DNA of 64,000 nucleotides from Epiperipatus broadwayi (taxonomy: Eukaryota; Animalia; Onychophora): contig JAQFVV010000011.1 in the NCBI GenBank assembly GCA_028023455.1, positions 2,108,001 through 2,172,000 of the forward strand, given 5' to 3'. The position numbers and the translations under genes were made by a program. This document shows positions 1 through 13,551 of this stretch, in pieces. Below the pieces are notes generated by a model. It was not told where the DNA came from. It saw only the letters and a program-made list of their open reading frames with translations, and did not search any database. Every line of letters starts with the position of its first letter. The stretch's first letter is position 1.

Positions 1-312
1 AACAGATGACAGTGAAGAATAATCTCTTATATATAGCTCAAAGATAACTTGCAGTGTCAACAATATTTAAATCAGGTGATTATGAAAATCATGAAAGATG
101 TGCAATGCTACCCTCAAACCAGCGAGCAGAGTATAAAAGTCTAAACATTATGATCTAAGAAAATAGAAGAGCTGTATGGAAATAATGTTCACTCTGATGA
201 CCACCTTAATTATACTGTATCCATGTAAACAAATAATTGGATCAGTATCATATAAACTCTCTGTAAAATAATCTTCTTTTCAACTTGGAAATGCATCGAA
301 TTAAAATCGAAA

Positions 313-422
313 TCAAGCGTTGTTAGTCGAGAGGTCATCGCAGCTGCCTTGCAAGCAAGTAGTTGGTTGCAGACAGTTGTGGATTCGCGTCCCGGCCGAT
401 GCTATGACATAGGAAAAAAAAA
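313..422 (+). mobile_element. tRNA-Gly-derived short SINE copy with hairpin insertion
   Basis: GCGTTG...GCAGCTGCCTTGCAAGC...GGATTCGCGTCCCGGCCGATGC resembles tRNA-Gly(TCC). Followed by TATGACATAGG and an A tail. Related copies at 15442, 44410, 45553 and 46456. Confidence 0.8.
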
Positions 423-996
423 TTAATCACAACACATGATGTGATGTAATCATACAACTGGAGACTCATCATTCTATAGAATCTTAAAATTTAATTCAAA
501 ATAAATACATACAACAAAGAAAAGTTTGGTTAATAATTTGACAACGTAGTATGCTGAGCATGCTTTTGACTAACTCGTAGTCAAACTCATAGAAATTGTT
601 ATCCAAGAAACTTGTGACATTTATAAAAAAAATAAACAAGAATGGATATTTGCATAAAGTTTGAACATAGGATGTGAATAAGATAATTTAAATGAGACAC
701 TTTTTTGGATAGGGAGATACAGGATTCTATTTTGTTTATTGTGTGTATGTTGTTGGCAATATGTCTGGCCTCTTTAACTTTGTGTTTAGCATCATTTCTT
801 TTGGGTGTTCATATTAATTTTTGACAGAATGCATAAGACCATCTAGCAAAACAAACAACTTCTATTAATAATAGTTCCAAATAATATAGAAATTAACATT
901 CAAAGACAATCTTTGTAAATCTACTATTAATTAAACACTGAAAATCTATAATTGTGCAGAAAAAAACTAACCTCAGATCATATGCTAATTCATAAC

Positions 997-1190
997 TATT
1001 ACAAATCTCCATGCACTTACCTGTCATCAGTAAAAGTTTTAAAAGCTTAAATAAATCACTTAAGCTTAGAGCATATTTGTATAGACACTAATCCTTACTG
1101 ACCATGCTTATATCAGAACTCTAAGCTTAAGTGATTCACTTAAGCTTTTGAATCTCTTACTGACAAGTGAATGCATGAAGATTTGCAATA
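997..1190. repeat. Imperfect long inverted repeat (arms 997-1071 and 1119-1190)
   Basis: tattacaaatctccatgcac...cacttaagcttagag is the reverse complement, with mismatches, of ctctaagcttaagtg...gcatgaagatttgcaata. Confidence 0.85.
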
Positions 1191-2289
1191 CTTTTGAAAA
1201 AGCACTTGATTGGTTGCTAATTTCCTTCTGCACAATTTAGGACAAACTTTATATATGAAATGTTTACAAATCCTCCAGTACTAATTGGCCAGCTCAATTC
1301 TTCCAGATCTTTCTACAACTTCTGTATAAAAAGCTAGTAAGTAGATAAAATTTAACACTAACTTAAGATATAGTTTTATTAATTAAGATAAGACTCAAAT
1401 AAAAATCCAATTTATGAATGTTCAATGAGAATCTCTTCAAATAATCAAAGAAAGCTTAAAAAACAAACTTTTATTCATAAGTAAAACTGTTGATTAAATT
1501 TTGTCTTCCAAAATGTTACAAGAGTCTCCTTAACATTCGTGACCATTCACAATAACCATACATCAAAAATGAAAATTAATAGTCTCAATGGCAAAACTGA
1601 AGGACTTAGTGAAACCAGTTGTGAATCCATTTCCTGAAAGGAATCTTTATGAATTCTTTATAATTGTCAATAGTAAGCAGTCTAAAAAATACAAACACTA
1701 AATAACAACTAGATCAAGAAAATAGTGAGATTCCCAAATCATGACAATTTTCATATCCATGCTTTAGACAAGAATGTTCACTGGGATTCATCATAGTTTC
1801 TGCATAAAACATTCACATCAAAAGCTAGTGGTTTTGAAATAGCAGTTTACCCAAGAATATTCTAAGAGTGAAGTTCATGCCATATTGTCTTGATAGATGT
1901 GAAATGTTCCATTTTTAACTGTAGAGATTCATTTACACTGTGGTTTGTCTGTTTTTACTACAATCCTTCATAGTAGCTATGGGCCCTCTCAATAAGCATC
2001 AATTTCCATCAGTATATTGAGCAGTTTTTCACCTTAATTTTACTGAATGTGATTATCACTTTTGAAAATATTAATTGTGAAACTCAGTGCGCCTGCAAAG
2101 GGGCCTACCAACAATATGATACATTTTAAATTTTTGTCAAGTTTGGTATTTCTTCTTACAGATTTACAAAATTGATATTAACTTTCTGTCAGATGTTTAT
2201 TACTGTTTTAGTTTCCATCAAAAGAAAAAAGGTTTTATTTCTTGCTATATGCTATAAAATGCTAATATGGCATGTATTTCTGTTGCTTT

Positions 2290-2830
2290 GTCTAATCTCA
2301 TCATACGTGTAAATAAAGGGTGTAATAAAAAGAACAATCAATAGTAAAATATTACCTACCATAGTCACACGATATCTTCGTTAGATCTAGTATTTAAATT
2401 GTTAACCAGAAAATTTTTTAATTAATAATATTTTACATTATCCAGTTTTTTTAACTGTTTTACGTTTAAATATACAATAAATATATAAAAAAAATTAAAC
2501 GTTTTCAATAATTTGCAAGTAACAGAGATAAATCCTCCGTGGTTTTAGTAATTACTTTTCAATAATTAAATTTACATCTCACTTTATTTGATTTTCTCGT
2601 CTGATCGTAGCTTTATAATATTTTCTAGCCAAAGTTTTTTTAAAATATATATATAACAACACTATTATTGATGATAAACCCGATTTCCACTCAAATCATT
2701 GCGATCATGATTAAAAATTTTGCTCAGTACTATAATAAAATTGATAATTTAAAATATATATGTGCGTGTTTATAAATGTTTTCAGGAACAACGAGGTTTG
2801 ATAAAATAAAAATAAAGAAAAAAGCCGATG
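2290..2830. promoter_or_regulatory. CpG-retaining patch, possible promoter or first exon (minus-strand donor at 2355)
   Basis: Cluster of CpGs in otherwise CpG-poor DNA. Minus-strand GGTAG|GTAATA donor. Confidence 0.3.
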
Positions 2831-2929
2831 TTTCAACAAACACTTGACATCAACTGGGTGGAAAAAAACTAATAATTATATGGTTGTAGCAGATATAATT
2901 GTATCTGATGCAATAACTATTATCAAAGA

Positions 2930-3222
2930 ATATTTACGAAGTCTATAGAAAGACCCATTGAGTAAATTAGAAATAAAAAGAGAAACTGGATTGGAAATAT
3001 ATCAAGTAGAAAATATAATTTAATGAAAAATGTTATGGAGGGAATGGTGAGTGAAAACAAGAAGAAAGGACAAAAGAAATTGATATTGTTGGATGATATG
3101 GGAAGTTATGTGGAATTGAAGAGCTGGACAATGAAGAGAATGGGGTGGGAAAATGTATGAATTGGTGATATGATTACTCTCTGGACCTGTCCATGGGACA
3201 GAATACTATTGATGATGATAGA
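2930..3222 (+). mobile_element. RTE-clade LINE 3' fragment
   Basis: Degenerate RTE ORF C-terminus, terminal stem-loop ggacctgtccatgggacag and (GAT)n tail. Similar to 58040-58500 on the minus strand. Confidence 0.65.
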
Positions 3223-4964
3223 AATATTTTAAAAAACAAATTGAATTACTAAACATGATAAAACAATAAAATCCCCGACTGTATGGAAGAGTTTCTTTAC
3301 ACAAACGAATAAAAATTAAAAAACACTACCAAAGTTAAGTCAATTTTTTCAATAACCATGTGATCCAATTAACTCTGTTCCAACCATGTGGTTGTCATTG
3401 TTTTTTCACCCAGTTAAGGACAAGTGCTATGTATCAATATTTTTACTTTATTAAACACAGCTTCTTCTGAAAACATGATTTATAAAACATTGCATGTCCA
3501 TGAAAACATTCATTTCAATATATATGTGCATGTATTTCTATAAAATTCTGGGATTATTTATAGTGAATATTTATTTATTTTTAGCAATTTAAGATTTTAA
3601 CAAATTAACATACTAGAATTGTTTTGTGAACAAACAAATTGATAGTTTTAATGAATTATAATAGATCATGGTTTATTAATAGATTACTAGTCATTTACAG
3701 GTAGCTTTTTTTTTTTTAGTTGAATAATATAAGACTAAAGATGAAGACTAGACTCAAAAACTTGGAAGAGATGCATATTTTGTTCTAGTTTGTATTTCAA
3801 ATGATCTTAAGAGTTATAGAATACTATAAGCTATCAATAAAACATTTTTTGTAGTCATTATAATTAATACAGTTTTCAAGTATTATGGCATACTTTATTG
3901 TTTTGTTTACTAATATAGTTTTTATTAGTAAAAACAATAGTACATTTTACTTTCAATATTGTCTTCAAAATAAAGGAAAGGATTTGTAGTATAATAGTAT
4001 AATCACCTATCATGCTCATGATTATGAGTTTGAATCATTCTGGAAAATGTCAAGTTTCAAGAGTAAGGATTTTTTTCAAGGCAGCTGGACCATAACTAAT
4101 TCAATTAACATATAATTAAGATCAATAAATGGATATAAATGGATACATAACTGTTCTTATCTAGAGAACAAAATAAAAATGGAAAAATGCCAAAACCTCA
4201 TCATCTAGCAATTGGTAGGCCTAATAAGTACCATCTTTTGCTTTAATTGTTCTTGGCTAGGATAATGGACTATTTAAATGCTGTTGCATGAAACAGCATC
4301 ATGTGAACAGATCATTTCACTTTTTTAATCAGAATCTTAGGATATTACTAAAATAGGTAACTCTACTATATTAAGAGACTCTACATTGGCAAGAGAGGTG
4401 GGTGGCAAAGAATTTAAATTTGTAATAGATTTTCAAAGTTCTTGTATGAATTATAGATGGAGATTAATTCCAGGAATATTTGCAGCATATGCATTTTCTG
4501 GAATAAACATAGGGCTTTATCGGAAGTACGATATTTGGATCGGCAAAAGGTTTTTGATACCTGAACTTTTTTGATTTGATGACTATAGGTACTAACAAGA
4601 ATTCTGACATCTACAAGTTTATTATTGTACAAGCACTGAAGTAATTTTTTCTTCTTCTTCTATAAATAGCAGACCAATTGGATTTGATTTTTTTTACATT
4701 TTGAAATGTTTTGGTTATGCTTTATTACTGATATAGATTTTTGAATGGTTCTCTTTGTAGTAGGATTTACATGGTTTGGCCTGCAATTTAAAATTATTTT
4801 GATATAAGTATAGCATGAAGTTTTCAGTGCATTATATTAATTTCTGCATTTCTGTTTTGATCTTTTCCTAATACCATAATATAAGCTAGTCTTTTTATCT
4901 TGAGTTTCTTAGACTTACGGTTATTTTGGTTAGCACTTTCTGATCAAAGAAAAATTATCTAATG

Positions 4965-5055
4965 GACAGACGTAGGAGCTCAAGATTCATGGATCAGCAT
5001 CCATCTCTGACTTCCAGTGCTTGAACTTTTATAAACCCCTGAGCAATAAGTTATT
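4965..5055 (+). mobile_element. Degenerate SINE-like repeat (family ending gaactt...ctgagcaataa)
   Basis: Shared with 25365-25475 and 58625-58720. Confidence 0.45.
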
Positions 5056-5234
5056 CAATTATTTTTTTACTGTTTTAATTGATTGATTAATATATATTTT
5101 CTAATATTTCCTTAATGCATATATATCCTTTTTTTCATTTTAAAAAATAGCCACAATACATGATTTTTCAGACAAATTTAACATTCCTTCAGAGTAGTTA
5201 AACAATTATCCAGAACATAACATCACATGATCAC

Positions 5235-5398
5235 CATGATCCAAGGCTCCTCACTGACAAAGGCCGCAAACCAGAAACTAGTCTGGGGATATTGGATGAA
5301 TAGGCACTAGAGGATTTTATGCACAAGCCTTCTGGCATCCATTGATTACTCTGACTTGCACTGAGTGGCAATACATATAGAGAGTTTTGCCTGTTTTA
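5235..5398 (+). mobile_element. HHR-bearing short repeat, family C
   Basis: CCTCA-CTGACAA-...-GAAACTAGTC-TGGGG followed by the conserved body ggattttatgcacaagccttctggcatccattgattac...gagagttttgcc. Copies at 21.7, 24.4, 24.9, 49.8 and 50.2 kb. Confidence 0.75.
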
Positions 5399-5984
5399 AT
5401 ATTCAGAACATAATTAGAAAAACTTGTTTTTGAAGATATTTTTTAAATTAAAAATTAAAATCACTTTTTGCATATTTCAAACATTTTCATATACTTAAAA
5501 AAAAAACAATATGGAATATCACATTAGCATTTTACTTTGATTGGATAATAAGTCAAAGTTTATTCTTTATTTTAAGATAAAACAAGTCAATTTTTAAATA
5601 TATATATTGCATTTTATTGTATATAAAGGTTATCTGATTGTTTCTAAAAAAGACCATGCAACACTATATATATCTTAAAGATGTCACAGTTCAATAAAAT
5701 GTTTAAAATGAAGTTTTAAAATTAAGATGCTACAGTAATCATGTTTTTTAAAGGGGGGCAGGCTAGGGCAACTATAAGTAAAGATTATCAAGGGCTATCA
5801 TGGGGCTATAGAATCCTGCTGCTTAATTTTCTATCAGTACATATGGCCAATTACACAGATTTACATAGGTAGCATTTTAGTTGCTCTTAAATGTTGAATT
5901 ATTTCCATCATCTAATACTGAATATTGAAAACATTTTAAACTTTATTTAAATTTTCCAATTACATTCAATTGTTAAATGAGATA

Positions 5985-6640
5985 TTTATTTTATATAGCA
6001 CAATGTTTTTGAATTGTAAGAAACTAATAATCAGCCTTTTCAGCTAATGCACATGTGCTTTATGGATCTTAACAATAAATGAATACTTTCATTTTCCAAT
6101 ACAAGATAAAGTCTTTGTGAAAGAATAGAATGAATCCACCTATTCTTTCAACCCAAAAGTTTAAGTATGGGCAAATCTTAAGTACTGGAAATGAGAGCTT
6201 GAAGATATTAAACAATCACTTTAAATTACTTTTACTATGGCTGAATGAATGATGCCTCCAAAATTTACTAGAATTTACGATACGTCATTCTTAAATGAAA
6301 TTAAACATATATAAATGAAATATTTATTTTATATAGCGCGATGTTTTTCAATTGTAATAAACTAATAATCAGCTTTTTAAGCTAATGCACATGCGCTTTA
6401 TTTAATGTGATTGTTGCTAATTATATTTAAAGTGATTGTTTAATATCTTCATGCTCTCATTTCCAGTACTTAAGATTTGCCCATACTTAAACGTTTGGGT
6501 TGAAAAAATAGGTGGATTCATTCTATTCTTTCACAAAGACTTTATCTTGTATTGGAAAATGAGAATATTCATTTATTGTTAAAATCCATAAAGCGCATGT
6601 GCATTAGCTTAAAAAGCTGATTATTAGTTTATTACAATTT
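5985..6640. repeat. Long inverted duplication (about 6015-6225 vs 6420-6635) with an extra internal copy of the family E terminus
   Basis: About 200-bp arms are near-perfect reverse complements. The terminus tattttatatagc(g/a)c is repeated at about 5988 and 6323. Confidence 0.9.
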
Positions 6641-6756
6641 AACTGTTAGTAACCACACAAAAGTTAGTATAAATACAATGTTTCAAGTGATATTATTCTC
6701 TCTATTCTTCAGGCATTGCTAGCCTTACCAGTGACAGTACTATCATGAAATCAAAT

Positions 6757-7010
6757 CTGGAATGTTCAGTTGGTTAGAGAATTACTTTAAAATTCAATAT
6801 TCAACTATCTAAAGGTCCAGGTTCAATTCCCATGCGAGTGCTGTTATTGGTCAGACCAGAAATCCTTGATGAAGAGAGAAAAAGAATACAACTTAAAACA
6901 GTGTATACAGTAATACATAATTGTAAACTTTAAATAAAGTTTAATTTTTTTTCTAAAGACATTCAATATTTAATATTAGATGTTGGAAATAGCCCCACAT
7001 ATAAGTACAA
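6757..7010 (+). mobile_element. tRNA-headed, HHR-bearing SINE (family D), degenerate
   Basis: A-box gttcagttggttagag, B-box ggttcaattcc, decayed HHR (ttgatgaagagag...ttaaaac) and tail ...attagatgttggaaatagccc. An inverted piece of the body lies at 6712-6747. Confidence 0.75.
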
Positions 7011-7352
7011 CAGATTTATATAATTACTTTACAGATAATTTTCACTTCATATTTTATTTGAACAAGCTACCTTTTCATTTAAAATAAGACTTTCTAATTA
7101 AATAAAATCCCAAAATATTTTAAAATATTCAGATTTAAAAATATGTATCACTTGAAAGTTTAATTTTTTTTAAACCAAATGAATAATATTGAAAAGACCA
7201 AAAGTACTATTGTTTGAACAAATAATTACAAAAAACCAGGGAGGAATAAAATAAAATTCATTGTGGAATAAATTACCTCCAAAGATATTACTTAATTTTA
7301 CTGCCAGAATTCAATTGACAATGAGAAATTATTAAAATTACATTCTATAAAC

Positions 7353-7822
7353 CAGGGGTGGCCAACTTTTGTGTTCATAAGATCTACTTTTTATTTTAAA
7401 AATGTGTTGCAATCGACTTGTTGTCATAGGTGTAGTCTAAGTGGAGGGAGGTGTGAAATACATACTATATTTATATGTCTACCTAGTAAAAAATAACAAT
7501 TATTTAACGGGCCAAAAAATTCATGTCAGGGAGAATTAAAGCAACATGAGTAATTATTAACAATATTTATTAATTCAAATTAGCTACATTAAATCAAGAT
7601 TTAAAATATTATTTTCAATAATGATATGGCTTAGTGGACTTCACCTATCTAGAATTGAAAAAAAATTTAGAACAAAAACAAAAATAACAAAAAAACTTGA
7701 AAATCTTGACTTAATTTGTTTCATTCGTTACCCGACAGTTCTTGCCAGATTGGCCTCGCAATTGACCAAAAATGGCTTTGCGATCAACCGGTGGATCACG
7801 ATCGACTTATTGGACACCCCTG
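7353..7822. mobile_element. hAT (Buster-type) MITE
   Basis: TIRs CAGGGGTGGCCAA / TTGGACACCCCTG. Imperfect 8-bp TSD ctataaac / ctatagat with central TA. Confidence 0.85.
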
Positions 7823-8106
7823 CTATAGATAGTCATGCCCTGATAGCATTCACATCTGTTATTACTCTCATTTGATTTCTAATTTGTATATTTATTATTA
7901 AAGTTTTACATTTGTTACATTTTTTAATCAAAAGATGGAGTCACTTGGTTACATTATAGCACATCACATTCTTGATTTTAAATATTTTATTTTTTAATGT
8001 GCTTTTTTTCTGTCAGAATATTCCAATGAATTCTTTTAAAACAACTTGATAAAAAGTCCATAAATATTTCTTTAAAATTCAATTAGTTAGTAATTATTAA
8101 GAATAA

Positions 8107-8803
8107 ATTGGGACTTGTGACCTTTCAAGTAAACCAAGATGGTGTCCCATATTTTTGATAAATGTATAGTTTTGAGGGCTTATAATCTACCGAAGATGTG
8201 TTAGCTGTTAGATTAATAAAAATTAAAAAAATCAATTGGTAAATTAAAAAAAAAGAATAAACTCCATAAGTTTCATTAAAAAGCTTTATTTCAATTTTTT
8301 TAATTTATTTATAATGTGGGAAGCGACGAGATGTTCTTAACATAGTTGTACTTGGGTTCAATTCAGTATATTTCTTTTTATCAGCAGTTTTTTTGATAAA
8401 TTGTCATAATGATACAAATTTGGAACATTCCTGTCACAAAATGTGATGCAGTGAAATTTTTCCAAAGGTATAGGATCCTGCCCTTCTGGAAAATGTGCAT
8501 TAATGGTCATGATATGATTGCACGCCGCTGACGTAAATAAAGTGTAAATATTATACTTATATATATTTTTATCTTTCTGTTAATAAGTTAAGCCAAAAAA
8601 AAACTGTAAATACTATAATTAATTTTTCACAACAATTTCTTTTTTTAAAAAAATAATAGTAATAAAAAATAATATGTAATTATTAAATGTTTCCCAGCAG
8701 GCATTTTTTTGTAAACATTGGGGGGGGGGGGAGGGCGAAATAGTAGATTTATCAAAAATATTGGCTGCCATCTTAGTTTACTTGAAAACTCACAAATACC
8801 AAT
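8107..8803. mobile_element. Non-autonomous DNA transposon with about 57-bp imperfect TIRs
   Basis: 8107-8163 and 8747-8803 are inverted repeats, each containing a decayed AAGATGGCGGC-like motif. Confidence 0.7.
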
Positions 8804-9614
8804 AAATTATATTTAATACTCAAAACATTAGAAAATAAAATATTTTTTTCATATTCATTCATTGTTATTTTAAAAAAGAAAAAGCAAATATTCTATTCCA
8901 TTTTGCAAAATATATTAGAAATATATTATATAAATAACTTTTTTAACAAAATACTCTAAAAAATTAAACACTTCTTTTCATACACACTCAAAAAAAAAAA
9001 AGCTTTTCCCCCAAGAAGTCATTATTAGGCCAAAATCAACTAATTATAAAAATAGAAGCATTTTATATGAAAAATATTAAACTTGCTATAAATATATAAT
9101 TAAATTCTCTATAAATTGGATTAAACATTAATTACTTCTGTAAAATGTTTTATGAGTTATCATTAAACATTCTACTAATTTTGTATGGCTATTTTTTTAA
9201 AGATAAAATTAAATATTCATATATAAAATGTTTGTAAAAGATAAATGCAAAATAACTGCAGATATTTTGACAATTCACATTTGAAAAACTAAAATATTTA
9301 TTTGAATCATTATCAATTAAAATTAAACAATTCTTGTAATTTTAACAAATTTTGAATTATCTAATACAGATAGAATAATATTAGTCTCAAACTCAAAAAT
9401 TCAAAAACTGCTCTTTTTCTATCCTTTTGTGTTAGCCATCACAACATAGTTAAAATATATAGAAAGACTTTGCATTCATTAATATATAAAAAAAAAAAAT
9501 AGAATCATGTGAATACCAATTAGCACATATCGACTTTCAATTGTACACATCATATAAACAAAAAAAAATGCTAATCTATATCTTTATTTTCAAAACACAT
9601 AAGAATAACAAATA

Positions 9615-9945
9615 ATACGATATAAAAAATATTTATAATGAATACTTTTATTTACTATGGGAACTAAAAACCAAGAAAATAATTGTTCCTTCAACCACAA
9701 TTGTGTTTTTTATATTTAACTAGAAATAAAAGCTTAGGAGGGGAACAGAAATTAATTAAGTCAATTCCTGGTTATAAAAAGTAGAGATTGACTTAATTCA
9801 TTTCTGATTTCTCCACGCTTTTATTTCAAGTTAAATATAAAGTCTCTGATTGCAGTTGAAGAAACAATTATTTTCTGGGGGTTTTTTAGTTCATAGTAAA
9901 TAAAAGTGTTCATTATAAATATTTTTTATATCTATTATTTTTAAT
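9615..9945. repeat. Foldback/MITE-like palindrome (arms about 150 bp, spacer about 21 bp)
   Basis: Self-complementary about ttaagtcaat...attgacttaa. A second family copy lies at 18300-18620. Confidence 0.85.
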
Positions 9946-10243
9946 TTTTTAGCATTCTTATATTTTTTATAGTTATTTCAAAATCATCTTGATGTTTGAA
10001 ATTAAAATAATGGGTATTAAATTAGGATCATTTACAATATACATTTATATATTTAAAAAAGTGAACTTTTACAATGAAAGATTTATTTGTTTGTTTTTTA
10101 ATTTTGAATGATGAAAAAGATTTGAAACACAAGCATTCTTATACCTGGAACTTAATTGTAAATATATGGGATTTGAACTCAGACTTTCAAGCAACCTTCA
10201 ACTATCCACACTATATCATATTACTGATACACACGACCACACA

Positions 10244-10291
10244 CATGTATTTCGTACTGAATCAGCACTCATCAGTTGGTCCCGATTATCA
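10244..10291 (-). ncRNA. Type I hammerhead motif, family A, 3'-truncated
   Basis: ggaccaa-CTGATGA-GTGCTGattCAGTAC-GAAA-TACAT; the 3' strand of stem I is deleted. Confidence 0.7.
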
Positions 10292-10311
10292 TCTCCCATA
10301 CGTATATATAT

Positions 10312-10362
10312 AATCAACTGATGAGTACTAGTTCAGCACGAAATGCATATATTGGTGATTAT
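10312..10362 (+). ncRNA. Type I hammerhead motif, family A, stem II damaged
   Basis: tcaa-CTGATGA-GTACTAgttCAGCAC-GAAA-TG-CA-TA-TA-ttgg; two mismatches in stem II. Confidence 0.65.
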
Positions 10363-11169
10363 TTATCTTTTCTACATGTGTATGGTCATGTATATCAGTA
10401 GTATGAGATAGTGTGGATAGTTGAAGGTTGCTTGAAAGTCTGAGTTCAAATTCCCTATATTTACAATTAAGTTCCAGATATAAGAATACCTGTATTTCAA
10501 ATCTTAAATATACATTTATATATTTCAAAAATGTTTTTTAAAAAATCAGCTTTTAAAATCAAAAGAAAAAAGGATACTCTTTAAAAAAGTGAACTTTGAC
10601 AATCAAAGATTTGTTGTTTTTTTTTTTTTAATATTAAATGATGACTAAAATATTTTTTAATGTACTCTTTTATTAATATATATAAACAGGTCTCTCACAT
10701 ACTGACTGAAAATGTAGCAATCTGATTAATATTTGAAAGTAAAATCACACAGCTTAAAAATCATTTATCTACTAAAAAATAATTATTTTTAAATAGTAAT
10801 AAAAAGTTAATAAAAAATACCATTTAAAGTTTACCATTGATTTTTCATAGGATTTGAAAGTCTAGAGTCGGGAACACCACCCTGCATAAAGTCTGTTTGT
10901 GACTGGATTTGATCCAGTATGTTCCCAAGGATTAAATAAGTAAATGAGATATAATCTTAGTATCATAGAATGAGTTTTTGAATTTTATATATATATACAA
11001 TAGAAGTTATTGCCAATACCATCCTCACAACTGAATGATTTTTAATCAAAAGTAATATAAAAAATGTTAAAGTATATCTACCTTATGCATCAAATATTCA
11101 ATTTTTTTTGTTGCCATTTTTCTTTATAAAAAGCTCAGTGTACATAGTTAATTTATCAACTGTCAAGAT

Positions 11170-11590
11170 TTTTTTATGCTTGATGTGGTCCATTTCCATT
11201 TATGGATGTGAAACATAAACATGGAGTCACCAAGAAAGAACAAGGATTGATGCTTTTGAAATAAATAATACCAAAGGTATCTTGACCAGCTAGCTAAGAG
11301 AACTACTAAATGGGTTTTGGTTTTGGCAGATATACAAAAACAACAGTTGGAGATGGTAAAGTGAAGAAAACTATACTATTTTGTGCATATGGAAAGACAG
11401 GCAAAGATACTGAAAAAGAATTTCATGCTCAGAATTGTGATGGATCAAATAGAAGAGGAGACCAAGATTATCATGGAAGAATAGCATCACAAAATGGACA
11501 GAATTAACAGTATTGAAACATGCCATCCATCATCAAAATGATGGATTAGGCAAATATTGATAATGAAATCTTTTAAGATAATGATAAGAT
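11170..11590 (+). mobile_element. RTE-clade LINE 3' fragment
   Basis: Degenerate C-terminal pattern (Y-GH-R...LEK...RRRGR-like), overlapping the ORF at 11310-11507. Confidence 0.55.
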
Positions 11591-12263
11591 GCCATTTCCC
11601 TATTGAATGAATAATTGCTTAGGAGACCATGTGATGTTTGAGCACCAAAATTCTAAATTTATATTCAATCCAGGAACCTTTAATTCTAGTCCTTTATTAG
11701 ATTCTAGAAGATGTGTAAGATGTGAATTGCTTATATATATAATAAATGAAAATCAGAAATCTAGGGAAGTAGTAAATGCAAAACGAAAAACAATACATAT
11801 CCATAAAAGAGGAAGACTAAATTTTTGAAAAATAAATTAAATCAAGTGTATATTCCAGACAGCAAATAAAATATATTTACAGAAAATTGAAACTAATGCT
11901 AGCACAGATTTTCATTTATTGTCTGTCCCTAAACATTAAACTTATATTGTTATTATTACTGTGACTTGCTATGACTACATCTCTAACTATCAGGATCAGA
12001 TAACTATAACCAGTAGTAGTATACAGAGGAGGAGGATAATATTATGACTTTTACAAAATTAACACCTTTTTTTTTGTTTAAAACTTTTTACACGCATAAT
12101 GGAGAGGATTGTAGTAAAATAGTTACAAATTTAATTCAAGATATATATCTAGCTGCCATTTGCTTTATATTTAATCACCTATGGTATGAATTTAAAAAAA
12201 AAAAAAGCAGTAAAAGTCTTGATAAAAGTAGTAAAAAAAAATAGTGTCGTTTTTTTAACTTAC

Positions 12264-12393
12264 CTGTAAATAATGATCAAATATCTGTTCCAACATTAAT
12301 GATAACAATGTTAACACATCATTCTGAATGTTACTTCAACAGAATGCTACAAATGAACAATGTTGGTAGATGTTTCCTATTGCTTGCCATCCT
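12264..12393 (-). other. Candidate spliced exon (130 nt), no open through-frame
   Basis: Acceptor gatttttattag| and donor TACAG|GTAAGT. Stops in all three frames; a late ATG gives MLEQIFDHYLQ into the donor. Confidence 0.35.
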
Positions 12394-12799
12394 CTAATAA
12401 AAATCACATGACATTCTAATATGAGAAGTGATAAAGAACTGCAATTCGAGGAACTTTAGCTCATACAGTTTTTAAGACTCTGAAACCCACTATTCTACTA
12501 CTACATTGATCCACACCGGCATATCCACACAATTTGTTTTAGCATAGTGCATGTAGAGCAACAGCACAAAATAATGAAGTCTTCATATTACAGTTTATAT
12601 ACATTGCGCTATATAAAATAAATAGTTTATTTATATACTACATTAGCAAATAGACATAAATAGTATAATTTAGTTATTATAGTATATTTATTTTGATTTT
12701 CTGGATTTACAACAATAATTTTATAGCTGCGCTTACAGTTTTAAACATTACTAAAATCATATTTGCCTGAAGGTATGTGATGATATTAGATGTGATAAC

Positions 12800-13140
12800 A
12801 TGCTGGACTGTTTCCATCATCTATCAGTATATGTCGAAGGCATAGAAAATTTTAAACTTTTCAAATACAAACAACTTGTTAGTAATAACACACAAATAGA
12901 CAACCAAACAACTTGTTAATAAGAACACATAAACAGACAATGCAGGTTGTGTATTTGTGTATTGTGTTGTCTGTTTTTGTGTTATTACTAACAGATAGAC
13001 AACACAGGTTATCTATTTGTATGTTGTGTTGCCTGTTTTTGTGTTATTACTAACAAATTGTCTGTATTTGAAAAGTTTAAAATTTTCTATACATTCAATA
13101 TTTACTGATAGATGATGGAAATAGCCCAACATATTATCAC
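12800..13140. repeat. Head-to-head inverted duplication of the family D 3' tail
   Basis: ggactgtttccatcatcta...tagtaataacac versus gtgttattactaac...tagatgatggaaatagccc. The centre contains short internal tandem duplications. Confidence 0.8.
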
Positions 13141-13551
13141 ATTAACTAAAATCAATTTTATCAGCTTTGGAATCTGGGAAAATTTTCTTCATACAATTAA
13201 CTTTTGATAGATTCTTATCTCTCTTTCACATAATGCAAATCACAGTTTTACTTCTATTTCAGTGACATTAATTTTGTATTCCATTAATCTGTAGATGCAC
13301 TTTTTTGATTCTGTTTTTAAAATTTTCTAAAGATTATCTATTTGCTATGTTCATTATGATCTCATTATAAATGAGCCATCTTCAGCATTTTTTTAATATA
13401 CAAGTATTGTTTAGAAATTCCAAACATAATACAATTTTAGTATATATATTTTAATAATAGAAGCAAAAAATAATCCCATAAAAATAATAAAATATGAAGT
13501 TAATATACCTTCTTCTTCCCTTTCCTGTGTATTGATTTCTATTTTAACATA

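Larger units (their letters stand above)
10115..10505. repeat. Head-to-head inverted duplication centred on two family A HHRs
   Basis: Arms 10115-10250 and 10374-10505 are reverse complements. Flanked by a direct repeat of about 65 bp (about 10052-10115 and 10585-10645). Confidence 0.9.

Noticed and set aside
1094-1124. Hammerhead-like string in the spacer of the 997-1190 palindrome
   Set aside because: Core CTGACCA and GAAC both deviate and stem II is only 2 bp; not supportable.
1561-1681. Minus-strand exon with a strong acceptor
   Set aside because: No open through-frame and a weak donor.
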